From contig CBDEFO010000003.1 in NCBI GenBank assembly GCA_965237525.1, positions 192,001 through 256,000 on the forward strand: 64,000 nucleotides of DNA. The letters run 5' to 3'. The position numbers were made by a program, and so were the translations under genes. Below the pieces are notes generated by a model that had not been told where the DNA came from, made no database searches, and worked only from the letters and a program-made list of their open reading frames with translations. This stretch comes from Candidatus Latescibacterota bacterium. Its GTDB lineage: Bacteria > Latescibacterota > CBDEFO01. Of this stretch, positions 29,921 to 40,900 are shown in pieces. Each line of letters starts with the position of its first letter. Within the stretch, counting starts at the first letter, position 1.

Positions 29921-32428
29921 TCATCGTTGAGCAAGAGGATTCAACAACACCGATACATTATCGTCGGAAGAATTGGCGACAGCTATGTCATTATGCCCAT
30001 CGCCGTCTACATCCGAAATGAAAACTGAATACGGACGATTCCCTGCACCGTAGTCTACTTTGCGTGTGAATGTCCCGTCTCCACGATTCAATAACACCGA
30101 TACATTATCGCTGCCCTTATTGGCCACAACTATGTCATTATCACCATCACCATCCAAATCCGAAATGAAAACTGAATAGGGGCCATCCCCAGCAGCATAG
30201 TCCACCCTATCTGCAAATTGCCCATCTCCGTTATTCAATAGTACTGATACATTATCGCTGAAAACATTTGCCACAGCCAAGTCATTATCACCATCCCCAT
30301 CTAAATCAGCACTGAACACCGAACGGGGATCAGCTCCTGTGCTATAGTTCATCTTATCTGTAAATTGCCCATCTCCATTGTTCATCAACACCGATACACC
30401 ACTCTTGACGCTCCCTGCATTTGTTACAACTAAGTCCTTGTCGCCATCGCCATCCAAATCTGCGCCGAATACTGAGTAAGGGTCGTTACCAGCGGCATAG
30501 TCCACCTTATCTATAAATTGTCCATCTCCATTATTCAGCAGCACTGACACAGTACCGCTCTTTTTATTAGCTACAGCTATATCGTTATCCCCATCCCCGT
30601 CTAAATCGGAAATGAAAACTGACATGGGTTCATCCCCAACGGCATAGTCCACTTTATCAGCAAATTGCCCATCTCCATTATTTAGCAACACTGACACATT
30701 ATCGCTGTTCTGATTAGCTACCGCCAGGTCGTTATCTCTATCTCCATCTAAATCCGAAATGAATACTGAGTGGGGACCATCCCCAACTGCGTAGTCAGCC
30801 TTAAGATCAAAGATAGCAGGAATATGAATAAAACCAAATCCGCCAGGGAGTCTGTCTGTGGGACCATCGGGCTTAGTGGCTATCACATCCACAGTATCCG
30901 AAGGATGAGCGGGAATCTCAGCAGTGATGGTATCAAGGGGCACGGCTACGTCCCAAGCTGAGGTATCTTCGAAAACGAAAATTGCATGGAGACTATCCTC
31001 GAGGGCATGGTCAACCTGAAGCTCAGAGATAGAAGGAGTGTCAACAGAAGAAGTTCCACTGAGGAGCGTGTCTGCGAGACTATGGGGTTCTGTGGCTGTT
31101 ACATCTACGGTGTCAGAAGGATCAGCGGGAGTCTCAGCAACTATGGTATCAAGGGACACGGCTACATCAGTAACCACACTATCCTGGAAAGCAAGCGTTG
31201 CTTCACGGTGCATAGTGCTATCTGCAATGGCCTCAGGTATGCCACTTAATTCTGTGTCTTGCGCTCGATTGATCCCCGATAGACTCAATCGGCGATCGGG
31301 GGTGGGACTAACAGATGTCACAAGAGTAGCAGAGAGGTTCAAAAGCACTGACACATTATGGCTCTTTTGGTTAGCCACAGCCAAGTCGTTATCACCATCG
31401 TCATCTAGGTCCGAAATAAATACTGAATGAGGACTATCTCCAGTAACATAGATCCCCGTAAGCGCAAATTCCCCATTTCCATTATTCAACAGTACCGATA
31501 CACTATTGTTGCTATTAGCTACAGCCAGGTCATTATCCCCATCGCTATCTATATCCGAAACGAATAATGAACGGGGACTACCTCCAGCCTTATAGTCCGT
31601 TTTTGCTGCGAATTTTCCATCTCCATTATTCAGCAGTACTGACACGTTATCGCTCCTCTCATTAGCCACAGCTAAGTCATTATCGCCATCGCCATCGAAA
31701 TCCGAGATGAAAACTGATGAGGGACTACTCCCAGCATCATAGTCCACCCTATTAGCAAATGCGCCGGCTCCATTGTTCAACAAGACCGATATAGTACCTC
31801 TGATGAACCCAGCATTAGCCACAGCTAAGTCCCTGTCGCCATCTCCGTCTAAATCCGCACTGAAGAGTGATATGGGTTCAAATCCAACGCCATAGTCCAC
31901 CTTGTCTGAAAATGTTCCGTCTCCGTTGTTCAACAGCACCGATACACTGTTGCTGCCCGCATTAGGTGCGGCTAAGTCATTGTCCCCATCGCCATCCAAA
32001 TCCAAACTGAATATTGAACGGGGATTGATTCCAACGGCATACTCCATAGCGTCTGCAAATGTCCCGTCTCCCTTATTCAACAATACAGACACGTTATCGC
32101 TGAAGCCATTAGCTACAGCCAGATCGTTATCTTTATCTGCGTCCAAATCCACGCTGAAAACTGAAAGAGGTTCAAATCCAGCGGCATAGTCCACCCTGGC
32201 TGAGAATGTCCCATCTCCGTTGTTCAACAGTACCGATATGCTATCACTGTTTGCATTAGTTATCGCTAAGTCACTATCGCCATCCCCATCCAAATCCGCA
32301 CTGAATACAGAATGGGGACCATCCCCAGCATCGTAGTCGGTCTTGAGTCCGAAAAGGCCTTGCGAAGAAGCAGGCGCATTCAAGGCGACTAACAGGATCA
32401 GAGCAGTATATAAGATATCTTGTCTCAT
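29921..32428 (-). CDS. Secreted FG-GAP/VCBS repeat protein; two repeat blocks joined by an acidic linker with an internal duplication
   Basis: Signal peptide; many DLDGDGDNDLAVAN...VSVLLNNGDG units. Confidence 0.9.
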   Translation of the reverse strand: MRQDILYTALILLVALNAPASSQGLFGLKTDYDAGDGPHSVFSADLDGDGDSDLAITNANSDSISVLLNNGDGTFSARVDYAAGFEPLSVFSVDLDADKDNDLAVANGFSDNVSVLLNKGDGTFADAMEYAVGINPRSIFSLDLDGDGDNDLAAPNAGSNSVSVLLNNGDGTFSDKVDYGVGFEPISLFSADLDGDGDRDLAVANAGFIRGTISVLLNNGAGAFANRVDYDAGSSPSSVFISDFDGDGDNDLAVANERSDNVSVLLNNGDGKFAAKTDYKAGGSPRSLFVSDIDSDGDNDLAVANSNNSVSVLLNNGNGEFALTGIYVTGDSPHSVFISDLDDDGDNDLAVANQKSHNVSVLLNLSATLVTSVSPTPDRRLSLSGINRAQDTELSGIPEAIADSTMHREATLAFQDSVVTDVAVSLDTIVAETPADPSDTVDVTATEPHSLADTLLSGTSSVDTPSISELQVDHALEDSLHAIFVFEDTSAWDVAVPLDTITAEIPAHPSDTVDVIATKPDGPTDRLPGGFGFIHIPAIFDLKADYAVGDGPHSVFISDLDGDRDNDLAVANQNSDNVSVLLNNGDGQFADKVDYAVGDEPMSVFISDLDGDGDNDIAVANKKSGTVSVLLNNGDGQFIDKVDYAAGNDPYSVFGADLDGDGDKDLVVTNAGSVKSGVSVLMNNGDGQFTDKMNYSTGADPRSVFSADLDGDGDNDLAVANVFSDNVSVLLNNGDGQFADRVDYAAGDGPYSVFISDLDGDGDNDIVVANKGSDNVSVLLNRGDGTFTRKVDYGAGNRPYSVFISDVDGDGHNDIAVANSSDDNVSVLLNPLAQR

Positions 32429-32458
32429 TTAATTATCTTAATTATCTCTGGAAGGAGT

Positions 32459-33298
32459 CTACTTCATTAAAACCATCTTTCTTGTCTTCACAAAGCCATC
32501 TGCCAGCAACCGATAAACATAGACTCCGTTGGCAAGACGTTTCCCGTTGTCGTCTTTTCCATCCCAGACTAAGGAGTAACTACCGGCTGATCTGTGACCA
32601 TCTACCAATGTCGCAACTATCTGTCCCGTAATATTATAGACAGATATGTTAATGTGGCTTTGGACAGGGAGATCGTAATAGATCACTGTCTGGGGGTTAA
32701 ACGGATTAGGATAGTTCTGGGTGAGGGAATAAATCTCAGGAACATCTGATGATGGTTCTTCATACTCGGTTACAGCAGTGCTATCAGTAATGGGTATATC
32801 AGACAGATTCAACAACACTGACACACCTCTACCACTAGCCACGGCTAAGTCACTATCTCCATCTCCATCTAAATCTGTAATAAATACTGATTTGGGAAAT
32901 TGCCCAACGCTATAGTCCACCTTAGGTGCAAATGTTCCATCTCCATTGTTCAAGAACACTGATACAATATTACTGATATAATCAGTTGCAGCCAAGTCAT
33001 TATCTCCATCTCCATCTAAATCTGCACCGAATACTGAAAGGGCTTGAAACCCAGCATCATAACCCACTTTAGGTGCAAATGTACCATCTCCATTATTCAA
33101 CAACACTGATACAGTATTGCTGAGCATATTAGCCACAGCGAAGTCATTATCTGCATCCCCATCTAAATCTGCAATGAAAATTGAAGAGGGCGACTCCCCA
33201 ACACCATAGGCAGCAGGTCCGAACAGGACTTGTGCATAGGCAGGCGCATTCAAAGCCAGTAACAGAATCAAAGAAGCATAGAAGATTTCCCATTTCAT
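32459..33298 (-). CDS. FG-GAP repeat protein with a FlgD-Ig/T9SS-like C-terminal domain
   Basis: Start MKWEIF (SD AGGAGG); three FG-GAP units; QNYPNPFNP...TRKMVLMK. Confidence 0.9.
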   Translation of the reverse strand: MKWEIFYASLILLLALNAPAYAQVLFGPAAYGVGESPSSIFIADLDGDADNDFAVANMLSNTVSVLLNNGDGTFAPKVGYDAGFQALSVFGADLDGDGDNDLAATDYISNIVSVFLNNGDGTFAPKVDYSVGQFPKSVFITDLDGDGDSDLAVASGRGVSVLLNLSDIPITDSTAVTEYEEPSSDVPEIYSLTQNYPNPFNPQTVIYYDLPVQSHINISVYNITGQIVATLVDGHRSAGSYSLVWDGKDDNGKRLANGVYVYRLLADGFVKTRKMVLMK

Positions 33299-33556
33299 TT
33301 TAATCCCCTCCTGTAAGATTCGGATACTATTAACCTCTTCTGGGGTCATGCACTCTCCCATAGAAAACACCCTCTCTAATGCCCTCTTTTCCGTGAAAAC
33401 TTCTCGATGATAAAGATAATAAATAAAAGGGAAAAATCAAAACGATTTAGTTATCGTATTTACTTGATTTAGGAGCGGAAAATCGATATATTGCTGAGGA
33501 TCAGGGATGCAAATGTCAGTTTTTCTTTTTGAGGGAGAGATAAAGGAGATTATAGC

Positions 33557-34162
33557 TTAAGCGTTACACTGGAAGAAGTTTAGAGCGTTACGGTAGTCTT
33601 CCGGGGTGTTGATGTTGGAGAGGAGGTTCCCGTGAAGGTCGAAGGGGTCTATCGCCTCTGAGCCAACGATGTCCACCTTAACCTTATTAAAGAACCTGAC
33701 GATCTTTAAATCTTCTGCTTCTATCTGTTCTTTTATGGGTTCGAGACATCTTTTGGAATAGACCGCACACAGGGGATGAAAGCCCTTGTCGTCCTCTGGG
33801 ATGATAACGTCTGAATCACCAGTGCGACCGCACAAGTAGCTCAAAAATTCCGGCGTTATGAACGGAGCATCGCAGGCCAGAAGGAGGCAGTATTCTGTGT
33901 TCGCCCTGAATAGGCCGGTGTATATCCCTCCCAGTGGTCCCCTATCGGGGAATATGTCCGGGTACATAGAGACGTTCAGGTGGCTCATCTTATCGGGAGT
34001 ATTTGTGATTACGAAGGCCTCTTGTGTGACCCTGGCTGCTATATCCAGTATGTGCTCTATGAAAGTGGCGTCCCCAAGAGGCAAGAGCGCCTTCTCCCTT
34101 CCCATCCTGGAACTTTTGCCTCCAGCAAGGATTACTGAGGTTATATTATCAAATATTTTCAT
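33557..34162 (-). CDS. mobA: Molybdenum cofactor guanylyltransferase
   Basis: ILAGGKSSRMGREKA, GPLGGI, ACDAP, HPLCAVY, NINTPED. Confidence 0.92.
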   Translation of the reverse strand: MKIFDNITSVILAGGKSSRMGREKALLPLGDATFIEHILDIAARVTQEAFVITNTPDKMSHLNVSMYPDIFPDRGPLGGIYTGLFRANTEYCLLLACDAPFITPEFLSYLCGRTGDSDVIIPEDDKGFHPLCAVYSKRCLEPIKEQIEAEDLKIVRFFNKVKVDIVGSEAIDPFDLHGNLLSNINTPEDYRNALNFFQCNA

Positions 34163-34209
34163 AAGCTCAACTCCCAGCGGTATTACTGTAGAAGACACAA
34201 CGGAATACT

Positions 34210-34281
34210 TGGGCAGACACACAGCTTTGCCCTTACACATGATTGACAAAGACGGTAGGGGCAGACCCGTGTGTCTGCCCT
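34210..34281. repeat. GTAG-family REP doublet
   Basis: GTAGGGGCAGACCCGTGTGTCTGCCCT with an inverted partner; related hairpins at 218, 12646, 16835, 26804-26882, 41043-41155, 46878, 48087-48377. Confidence 0.65.
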
Positions 34282-34401
34282 GAAAATCTACTGGATATTT
34301 GGAGTGAAAATCTTTATCTTTATGTTTATTCCCGATTGAATCTATCGGGGATCAATATTGAATATAACAAGATAGATGATATAGAGTCAAGGGGATACTC
34401 A

Positions 34402-35877
34402 ATGTTGGAGATCTTCCAGTCGCTGTACGACATGGATAAGGAAACAGCAGTTCTTCTGGGCGTAGGGGTTTATATGTTGGGCATGCTTGGAGTGGGCTAT
34501 TACGCAAGCAGAAGGGTGGGAGATGCGGAGGACTTCATCGTGGCGGGCAGGAGACTCCCAACCTGGCTCTGCACGGCTACGCTCTTTGCAACCTGGTTTG
34601 GAGGTGGAACCGTCATGGGGGCGGCGGGGGCTGCGTACGAGAGGGGATTTTTGGGTGTGATAGCCGATCCTTTCGGTGCGGCCTTGTGTCTCTTTTTGGC
34701 GGGACTCTTCTTTGTAAAGACGATGAGGAGGATGAGAATCCTTACGGTGTCGGACTTCTTCGAGCAGAGGTTCGGCAGAGGGGCCAGCGTTATTTCGAGT
34801 CTATGTCTGGTAGCGGCTTACGTGGGATGGGTCGGGAGCCTCTTTGTGGCTATAGGGAAGATATCTGAAACTCTGATCGGTGTCTCGTCAGAGACGGGGA
34901 TAATAATAGGGACATTGATAGTACTTGTGTACACGACTGCTGGCGGGATGTGGGCTGTGTCGCTGACCGATCTTGTGCAGATAATCATAGTCCTTTTAGG
35001 ACTCTTTGCGGTATTTCCAATCGTAGTAAGCAAGGCGGGGGGATGGAGTGAGGCGTTCTCATCTGTCAGACCGGGGAGTTTTGATATGCTCCCACAGGGA
35101 GGTTTTAAAGAGTGGCTCTGGTACATCCAGGCCTGGATTGTGATAGGGTTCGGGAACATCCCTGGACAGGACCTCATGCAGCGGAGCCTTTCCGCAAGGG
35201 ATGAGAAAGTGGCTCAAAACAGCGCATATCTTTCGGGGGTATTGTATCTGACCGTAGGGATTATTCCCGTAGTCATAGGGATCATAAGCGTGAGTTTGAT
35301 ACCCCAGATAGATGACCCTGAGCATATAGTTCCAAGGATAGCTATGGAGTATCTTCCGACGTGGGCGATAGCCCTTTTCTTCGGAGCACTCATATCGGCC
35401 ATAATGAGCAGTGCGGACAGTGCGATTTTGGCTCCCTCAAGCATAATCGGCAAGAACGTACTGGGGTATTTCAAGCCGAATGCAGACGGCAGGGAAGTGC
35501 TTTTGTGGACGCGGGCTTCCATTCCGGTAATAGGCATTCTGTCCCTCTTTATAGCCCTGTATTTTGAGAATATATATCAACTCTTGATAGATTCCTTCTC
35601 TGTTCTATTAGTATCTCTTTTCGTGCCCATGGCTGCGGGAATATGGTGGAGAAAGGCAAATAGTACGGGAGCTCTAGCCAGCATGGGGGTCGGGTTGGTC
35701 TTCTGGATAGCCTTCAAATTCATAACTCCCCAACTGCCGTCGGACATATTCGGCGTAGCAGGTGCAGCTGTAGCTATGTTCGCAGTGGGGCTTCTGACTC
35801 AGAGGAGTTCTGTGCCCCTTCCTTTAGCAGACGCGGGAGGGAACGACATTGAAATGGAGGAGAGATTGGGGGTATGA
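34402..35877 (+). CDS. Sodium:solute symporter (SSS; high-affinity choline transporter-like)
   Basis: DFIVAGRRLP, ATWFGG, GGMWAVSLTD, SAIMSSADS; likely start 34402. Confidence 0.9.
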   Translation: MLEIFQSLYDMDKETAVLLGVGVYMLGMLGVGYYASRRVGDAEDFIVAGRRLPTWLCTATLFATWFGGGTVMGAAGAAYERGFLGVIADPFGAALCLFLAGLFFVKTMRRMRILTVSDFFEQRFGRGASVISSLCLVAAYVGWVGSLFVAIGKISETLIGVSSETGIIIGTLIVLVYTTAGGMWAVSLTDLVQIIIVLLGLFAVFPIVVSKAGGWSEAFSSVRPGSFDMLPQGGFKEWLWYIQAWIVIGFGNIPGQDLMQRSLSARDEKVAQNSAYLSGVLYLTVGIIPVVIGIISVSLIPQIDDPEHIVPRIAMEYLPTWAIALFFGALISAIMSSADSAILAPSSIIGKNVLGYFKPNADGREVLLWTRASIPVIGILSLFIALYFENIYQLLIDSFSVLLVSLFVPMAAGIWWRKANSTGALASMGVGLVFWIAFKFITPQLPSDIFGVAGAAVAMFAVGLLTQRSSVPLPLADAGGNDIEMEERLGV

Positions 35878-37046
35878 TAAAAGATATTACGCGCAGGGAT
35901 TTTTTCAAATCTGCTGCTCTCGGAACTGCATCCCTGACTCTGTACAGATTCGCCTGGGCACGTCCAGAGCAAGAGGCGATTTCGACTCCTGAGGGCTACG
36001 GACGAAAAAGGGCAAGGGAGCTGGGAATTGTGATCGGGACTATGCCCAGGGGAGAGTTCAATGCTATAACGGACGTGGAAGGAGTAAAGGTAGGACATTC
36101 TACCATACACGAAGGGGATGTCAGGACAGGAGTAACTGCTGTGATTCCCCACAGCGATGATATTTTCAGATACAATCTCTTTGCAGGCTGTCTGACATTG
36201 AACGGCAACGGTGAGATGACGGGGATGTCGAGGATAAGGAGGACGGGACTTTTGGGCTCTTTCGTCTTTACTACAAATACGTCCAGCGTGGGGATGGTTT
36301 ACGACGCCGCTTTGAAGTATTTTATGGAGAAATATCAGGGCACAAGGATTCCATCCCCAGTTGTAGCAGAGACATGGGACGGTTTTCTAAACGATATTGA
36401 GGGGAGGCACGTAGAGGAAGAACACGTCCTAGGGGCTATCAATAGTGCTCAATCGGGACGTGTGGGGGAGGGATGTGTGGGAGGTGGAACGGGGATGGTG
36501 TGCTACGGGTTCAAGGGGGGAATAGGGACTGCATCAAGGGTCATTAAGGAGGGATATACTGCAGGAGTATTAGTTCAGGCAAATCACGGCAGGAGACATC
36601 AATTGATTATAGACGGTGCTCCTGTAGGCAGGGAAATCACAGATCTTAAAGCGGAAAGGGGAGTGGGTCATAAGTCTATCATCGTAGTGGTTGCAACCGA
36701 CGCGCCGCTCTTGCCCGTTCAGCTGAATCGCCTGACAAAGAGGGCTGCACTGGGGCTCTCAAGGACGGGAGCGACCTCTATGCATTCAAGCGGGGACATA
36801 ATTTTAGCGTTTTCGACAGGGAATATAGTAGATGTTTATAATAGGTCTGAGGCATATGAATTTGAGGTATTGAATGATGAGGCGATAACTCCCCTTTATC
36901 AGGCGGTTGTGGAGGCGACCGAGGAGTCGGTAATCAACGCCCTTACGATGGCTCATACTACAGTGGGGAGACATGGGAATACTGTCTACGCTCTCCCTCT
37001 GGACAGGGTTGTGAAGATCATGAAGAGGCACGGGAAAATTAAGTAG
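35874..37046 (+). CDS. Tat-exported P1/DmpA (S58) family aminopeptidase
   Basis: TRRDFFK Tat motif; NAITDVEGVKVGH, VGGGTGM, SIIVVVATDAPL, SGD; ATGA overlap with the SSS gene. Confidence 0.9.
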   Translation: MIKDITRRDFFKSAALGTASLTLYRFAWARPEQEAISTPEGYGRKRARELGIVIGTMPRGEFNAITDVEGVKVGHSTIHEGDVRTGVTAVIPHSDDIFRYNLFAGCLTLNGNGEMTGMSRIRRTGLLGSFVFTTNTSSVGMVYDAALKYFMEKYQGTRIPSPVVAETWDGFLNDIEGRHVEEEHVLGAINSAQSGRVGEGCVGGGTGMVCYGFKGGIGTASRVIKEGYTAGVLVQANHGRRHQLIIDGAPVGREITDLKAERGVGHKSIIVVVATDAPLLPVQLNRLTKRAALGLSRTGATSMHSSGDIILAFSTGNIVDVYNRSEAYEFEVLNDEAITPLYQAVVEATEESVINALTMAHTTVGRHGNTVYALPLDRVVKIMKRHGKIK

Positions 37047-37100
37047 ACAGTAGACAGCAAACAGTAGACAGGGACTTCCCCTGCCCCTCCCTGACTACTG
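37042..37100. repeat. Heptamer (AGTAGAC)n + AGGG...CCCTCCC element
   Basis: Related copies at 9791-9824, 16811, 17917, 20845/20956, 37974-38024, 41206-41253, 48054. Confidence 0.7.
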
Positions 37101-37192
37101 CCTTTTCGGGAGAACGTTAGCTGAAAATAGGAACGGCAGATAGCTTTGAGAGTCACAAGGATTAGGAGAAAATACCAAGGAACATTCCCAAG

Positions 37193-37918
37193 ATGAACAT
37201 TCATAGACTATCGGAGACGTTCAGGATGAAAACAGGTCTTGGTCAGATCCCCTTTTTATTCCTTATAGTATCTGCTCTGATCTTTGGAGGCTGTCTGGAG
37301 CTTATTAGAAAGAGACCGGATGATGACGAGGGGAAAAGGGAGGAGACAGTTAGGACAAAGGGACGTAAGGAGGAAAGTTCCGAAAAATCGACAGAGAGGA
37401 CAGAAGGAGATACAGGGGATAAAGAGTCCCACCGGACGCGATTCCCCTCTGCCGAGATAGTAAGTCCATCTGGAGATACGCTCGCTACAAAGATGGTCGA
37501 ACCAGAAGGGGAGATTCAACAAACGATCGCAGCACGGGTTGAAGCAGAAGATAAAAAGATGAACGCAGTATTATATTCCGTAGATCCCTCCAAAAAAAGG
37601 AGCGCTAAAGAGATAAATAAATACTCTTTTTGGTGCATAGACCAGGAGATGTGGAGCGAGGCAAAGGCACATCTGGAGAAGGCGGCAAAGTTGGACACGA
37701 CGTCGGCGAGTATCTATAACAATTTGGGCATAGTCTATGAGTACTTTCAGATGGAGCACGAGGCTCGCCGGGCCTATCAAACAGCCATGCGACTCGATTC
37801 CCGAAACGTTGTCTACAGGAGAAACTATATCCTCTTAAAAAGGAGTATAGGCTCAAAGGTAGCTGATGAACCTATGATTGAAGAAGAGAGTCTGGCTACC
37901 GAGCAGCCTGAGCAATAA
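37193..37918 (+). CDS. TPR-containing putative lipoprotein
   Basis: Lipobox-like FGGC; ASIYNNLGIVYEY...AYQTAMRLD TPR. Confidence 0.75.
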   Translation: MNIHRLSETFRMKTGLGQIPFLFLIVSALIFGGCLELIRKRPDDDEGKREETVRTKGRKEESSEKSTERTEGDTGDKESHRTRFPSAEIVSPSGDTLATKMVEPEGEIQQTIAARVEAEDKKMNAVLYSVDPSKKRSAKEINKYSFWCIDQEMWSEAKAHLEKAAKLDTTSASIYNNLGIVYEYFQMEHEARRAYQTAMRLDSRNVVYRRNYILLKRSIGSKVADEPMIEEESLATEQPEQ

Positions 37919-37923
37919 GACGC

Positions 37924-40900
37924 ATGACTTTGACGAGATACAGAAAGATGCCCTATACAGGGCGGAAGAGAATGCCCTGTCTCCCCCGATTGAATCTATC
38001 GGGGGCTACTGTCTACTGTCTACTTATGATAGCAGTTCTGGTTGTAGCGACTGCAGCGCCCGGGATCGTTAGGGCTCAGGACATTTTGTTATCACAGTTT
38101 TCTCAGAGCTTTGGAAAGAATAAGATTCAGTATAAGAATTTCCAGTGGTGGAAGTTGAAAACGGAGCATCTGGAAATCTACTACAATCCCGAGTATCTTG
38201 GCCTTGCCCTCTCAGCAGCAGAGATACTTGAGGATGGCTACGAGAAGATCAGCCGAAGCCTTCACCATGACCTTTCGACCGTTCCTCCGATCATTATCTT
38301 TCAGTCTCACTACGAGTTTGAACAGACGAATATAGTGCCCTATATCCTGCCTCCGGGCGTTGGCGGGTTCGCCGAGAGCCTGAAGTTTAGGGCCGTCATC
38401 CCGTTCAACGGAGACCTGGAGGATTTCAGGAGCGTTCTGGTCCATGAGTTGACTCATCTTTTTCAGTATGATATTCTGTACAAGGGGCCTGTAAAGTCCC
38501 TGACCAATAGAATCAATTCCCCGCCAACCTGGATCATGGAGGGGATGGCGCAGTACGAGGCGGGCGACATGAACGATGTGGATGAGATGGTGCTAAGAGA
38601 CGCTGTGCTGACGAATACTGTAATACCCATAAAGTCTTTGGACAATTTCCAGGCGGTAAGGAATGTGTTTTTAGCGTATAAACAGAGCCACTCTCTGATG
38701 CAGTATATATCGCAGGAGTACGGTGAGGATAAAGTTGGAAGAATCTTACGGGACTGGAAAGGGAGCACGGGAACAGGGCATACCATAAAAAGAGTCTTGG
38801 GTACGGACATTCAAACTTTAAGCGACAGTTGGTCTTCCCATGTGCGCAGAAAGTATTGGCCATTGCTCACCGAAAGGAAGTATAACTTCGAAATAGCAAA
38901 GGAAGTCCCGGCAGAAGAGGTTTCGTACTTAAGTCCAAGCGGGTCCCTTGGCGGGGAGATGTTGGCAGTCGTATCTACAGATGGTATTTCCTTCAATATT
39001 GACCTGATACGGGTAAAGGACGGAGAGCTGATGGAGCGAATAACAGAAGATATGAAGACTTCTGTCTATACAGATCTGAAGGTGGAAGAAGGTTGTGTGG
39101 CGTGGTCTCCTGACGGGCAGTACATAGCTTTCATAGCCAGAAAGGGACCTTCCGATTTGGTACTCGTGTGGAATGTCTATAGATCTGAGCTGATGGATGT
39201 GTTGAAGGTGGAAGGTGTTCAGGAAATATCCACCTTGGCCTGGGCGCCTGATAACAGGAAATTGGCATTTTCGGGTTCAAGCCGCGGCCAGACGGACATA
39301 TATATACTGGATATAAAGACAAAAGCTTCCACAAAGTTGATGCATACTGCCGATCGCGAGTCTCAGCCTTCGTGGTCTCCAGATGGGAGCAGACTTGCGT
39401 TCAGCTATAGGACCAACGGAAGTGTCGATCTTATGGTCTATGATTTTGAGCTGACAAAGGTGCAAAAGATAGTTTCTGGAAAGTCGGACGAGACCTGGCC
39501 CCGGTGGTTCCCTGACGGTGCAAGATTGCTTTTCGTATCGAACAGGGATGGCATAAATGATCTTTTTGTCTTGGACCTTGAAAGCAAAAAAGAAAGCAGA
39601 CTGACCAAGACTATAAGCGGACTCTCCAATCCGTCGATTTCTCCGGATGGAAAAAAGATAACGTTTGCCTCTTACTACAACGGTAGAAGGAAGATCTACG
39701 TGATGGATGTCCCATCACAAGAAGAGCTGGCCTTAACGGATGATGAAAAAGACGCGCAGAAATATGAGACACCTGCTGCAGACGGTGGTGAGATGATCTT
39801 ATCGCTGCACGTCAAGGAGGAAGAGAGCAATGGTGATTATGATAAGGTGAATGTAGATGATGATGGAGACCATGCATCCCCGATAGATTCAATCGGGGAT
39901 AGCCTGAAGGTAAGGACAAAGTACAAAAGGAGCAGATATAAACCGAGTCTTCAATTAGATGGAATCAGCGCTCAGCTGTCCTTATCTAACAACTTCTTCG
40001 GCACTGTAGCCCAGATTTCGTTCAGCGATCTTATGGGAAATCATAACCTGGGAATAACGACGGATTTCGTCTCAGGGTTTACAAGCTATGGAAGGCTTAA
40101 TGACCTCAACTTTGCGGTCATATATGGATATTACGGAAGGAGGACGAACTTAGACTTCGGGATCTTCAGCTGGACGCAATATTTCACAGATTCTAAGAGT
40201 CGCTTCTTGGATTTGAGGACCGGCAGGTTGATGCGTGCTCTGGGGTCCGACAGGCAGTCCGGGCTATTTGCAAGGATGACCTATCCGATAGATCTATATC
40301 GGAGAGTGGAATTTAAATATACGTTTGTGGATCAGAACAGGGAATTTGTGTTCCCGGAGAAGGAGAGGATTGAAAAGAAAACCACGCATCTTTTCCAGAC
40401 TGTCTATGTAAACGACTCCGTAGAGTACGGTTGGCTGGGGCCTTCAAGGGGCAAGAGGTTCTACCTCTCCGCCGGTCAGGCGGTAAAGTTCACAGAGGGC
40501 CACAGGCAATTTACCCATCTGGACGCGGACTTAAGGTTCTACGCCGGCAGGAACTCCGTCTTTGCTTTCAGACTCAAGGGACTCGCATCTTTAGCAAAGG
40601 ACGGTATAACGCACTTTCTGGGCGGTCCAAACATAGCCACGATTTTTGGATTCGGACACGAGGTGAACGTTGGGCCTCTGAGGGGCTTTGATTTCAGCGA
40701 GTTAGCAGGGACCAGGTTATTTCTTATGAACATGGAGTACAGAGTTCCCTTTGTGAGGAATCTGACGCTCGGATGGCCCGGGAATATCTCTCTTGGAGGT
40801 CTGATGGGCACAGTCTTTACAGATGTGGGGGTGGTCTGGAATGAGGGCGACGATGTAAAGCTATGGACGACGGACGGAGAATTCAGACTCAAGGACCTGA

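Noticed and set aside
34243..34401. N-terminal extensions in the ORF track (SSS, mobA, NHL, PHP, mqnE, dprA, SDR)
   Set aside because: They translate REP, palindrome or intergenic DNA; downstream starts fit SD position or family N-termini better.
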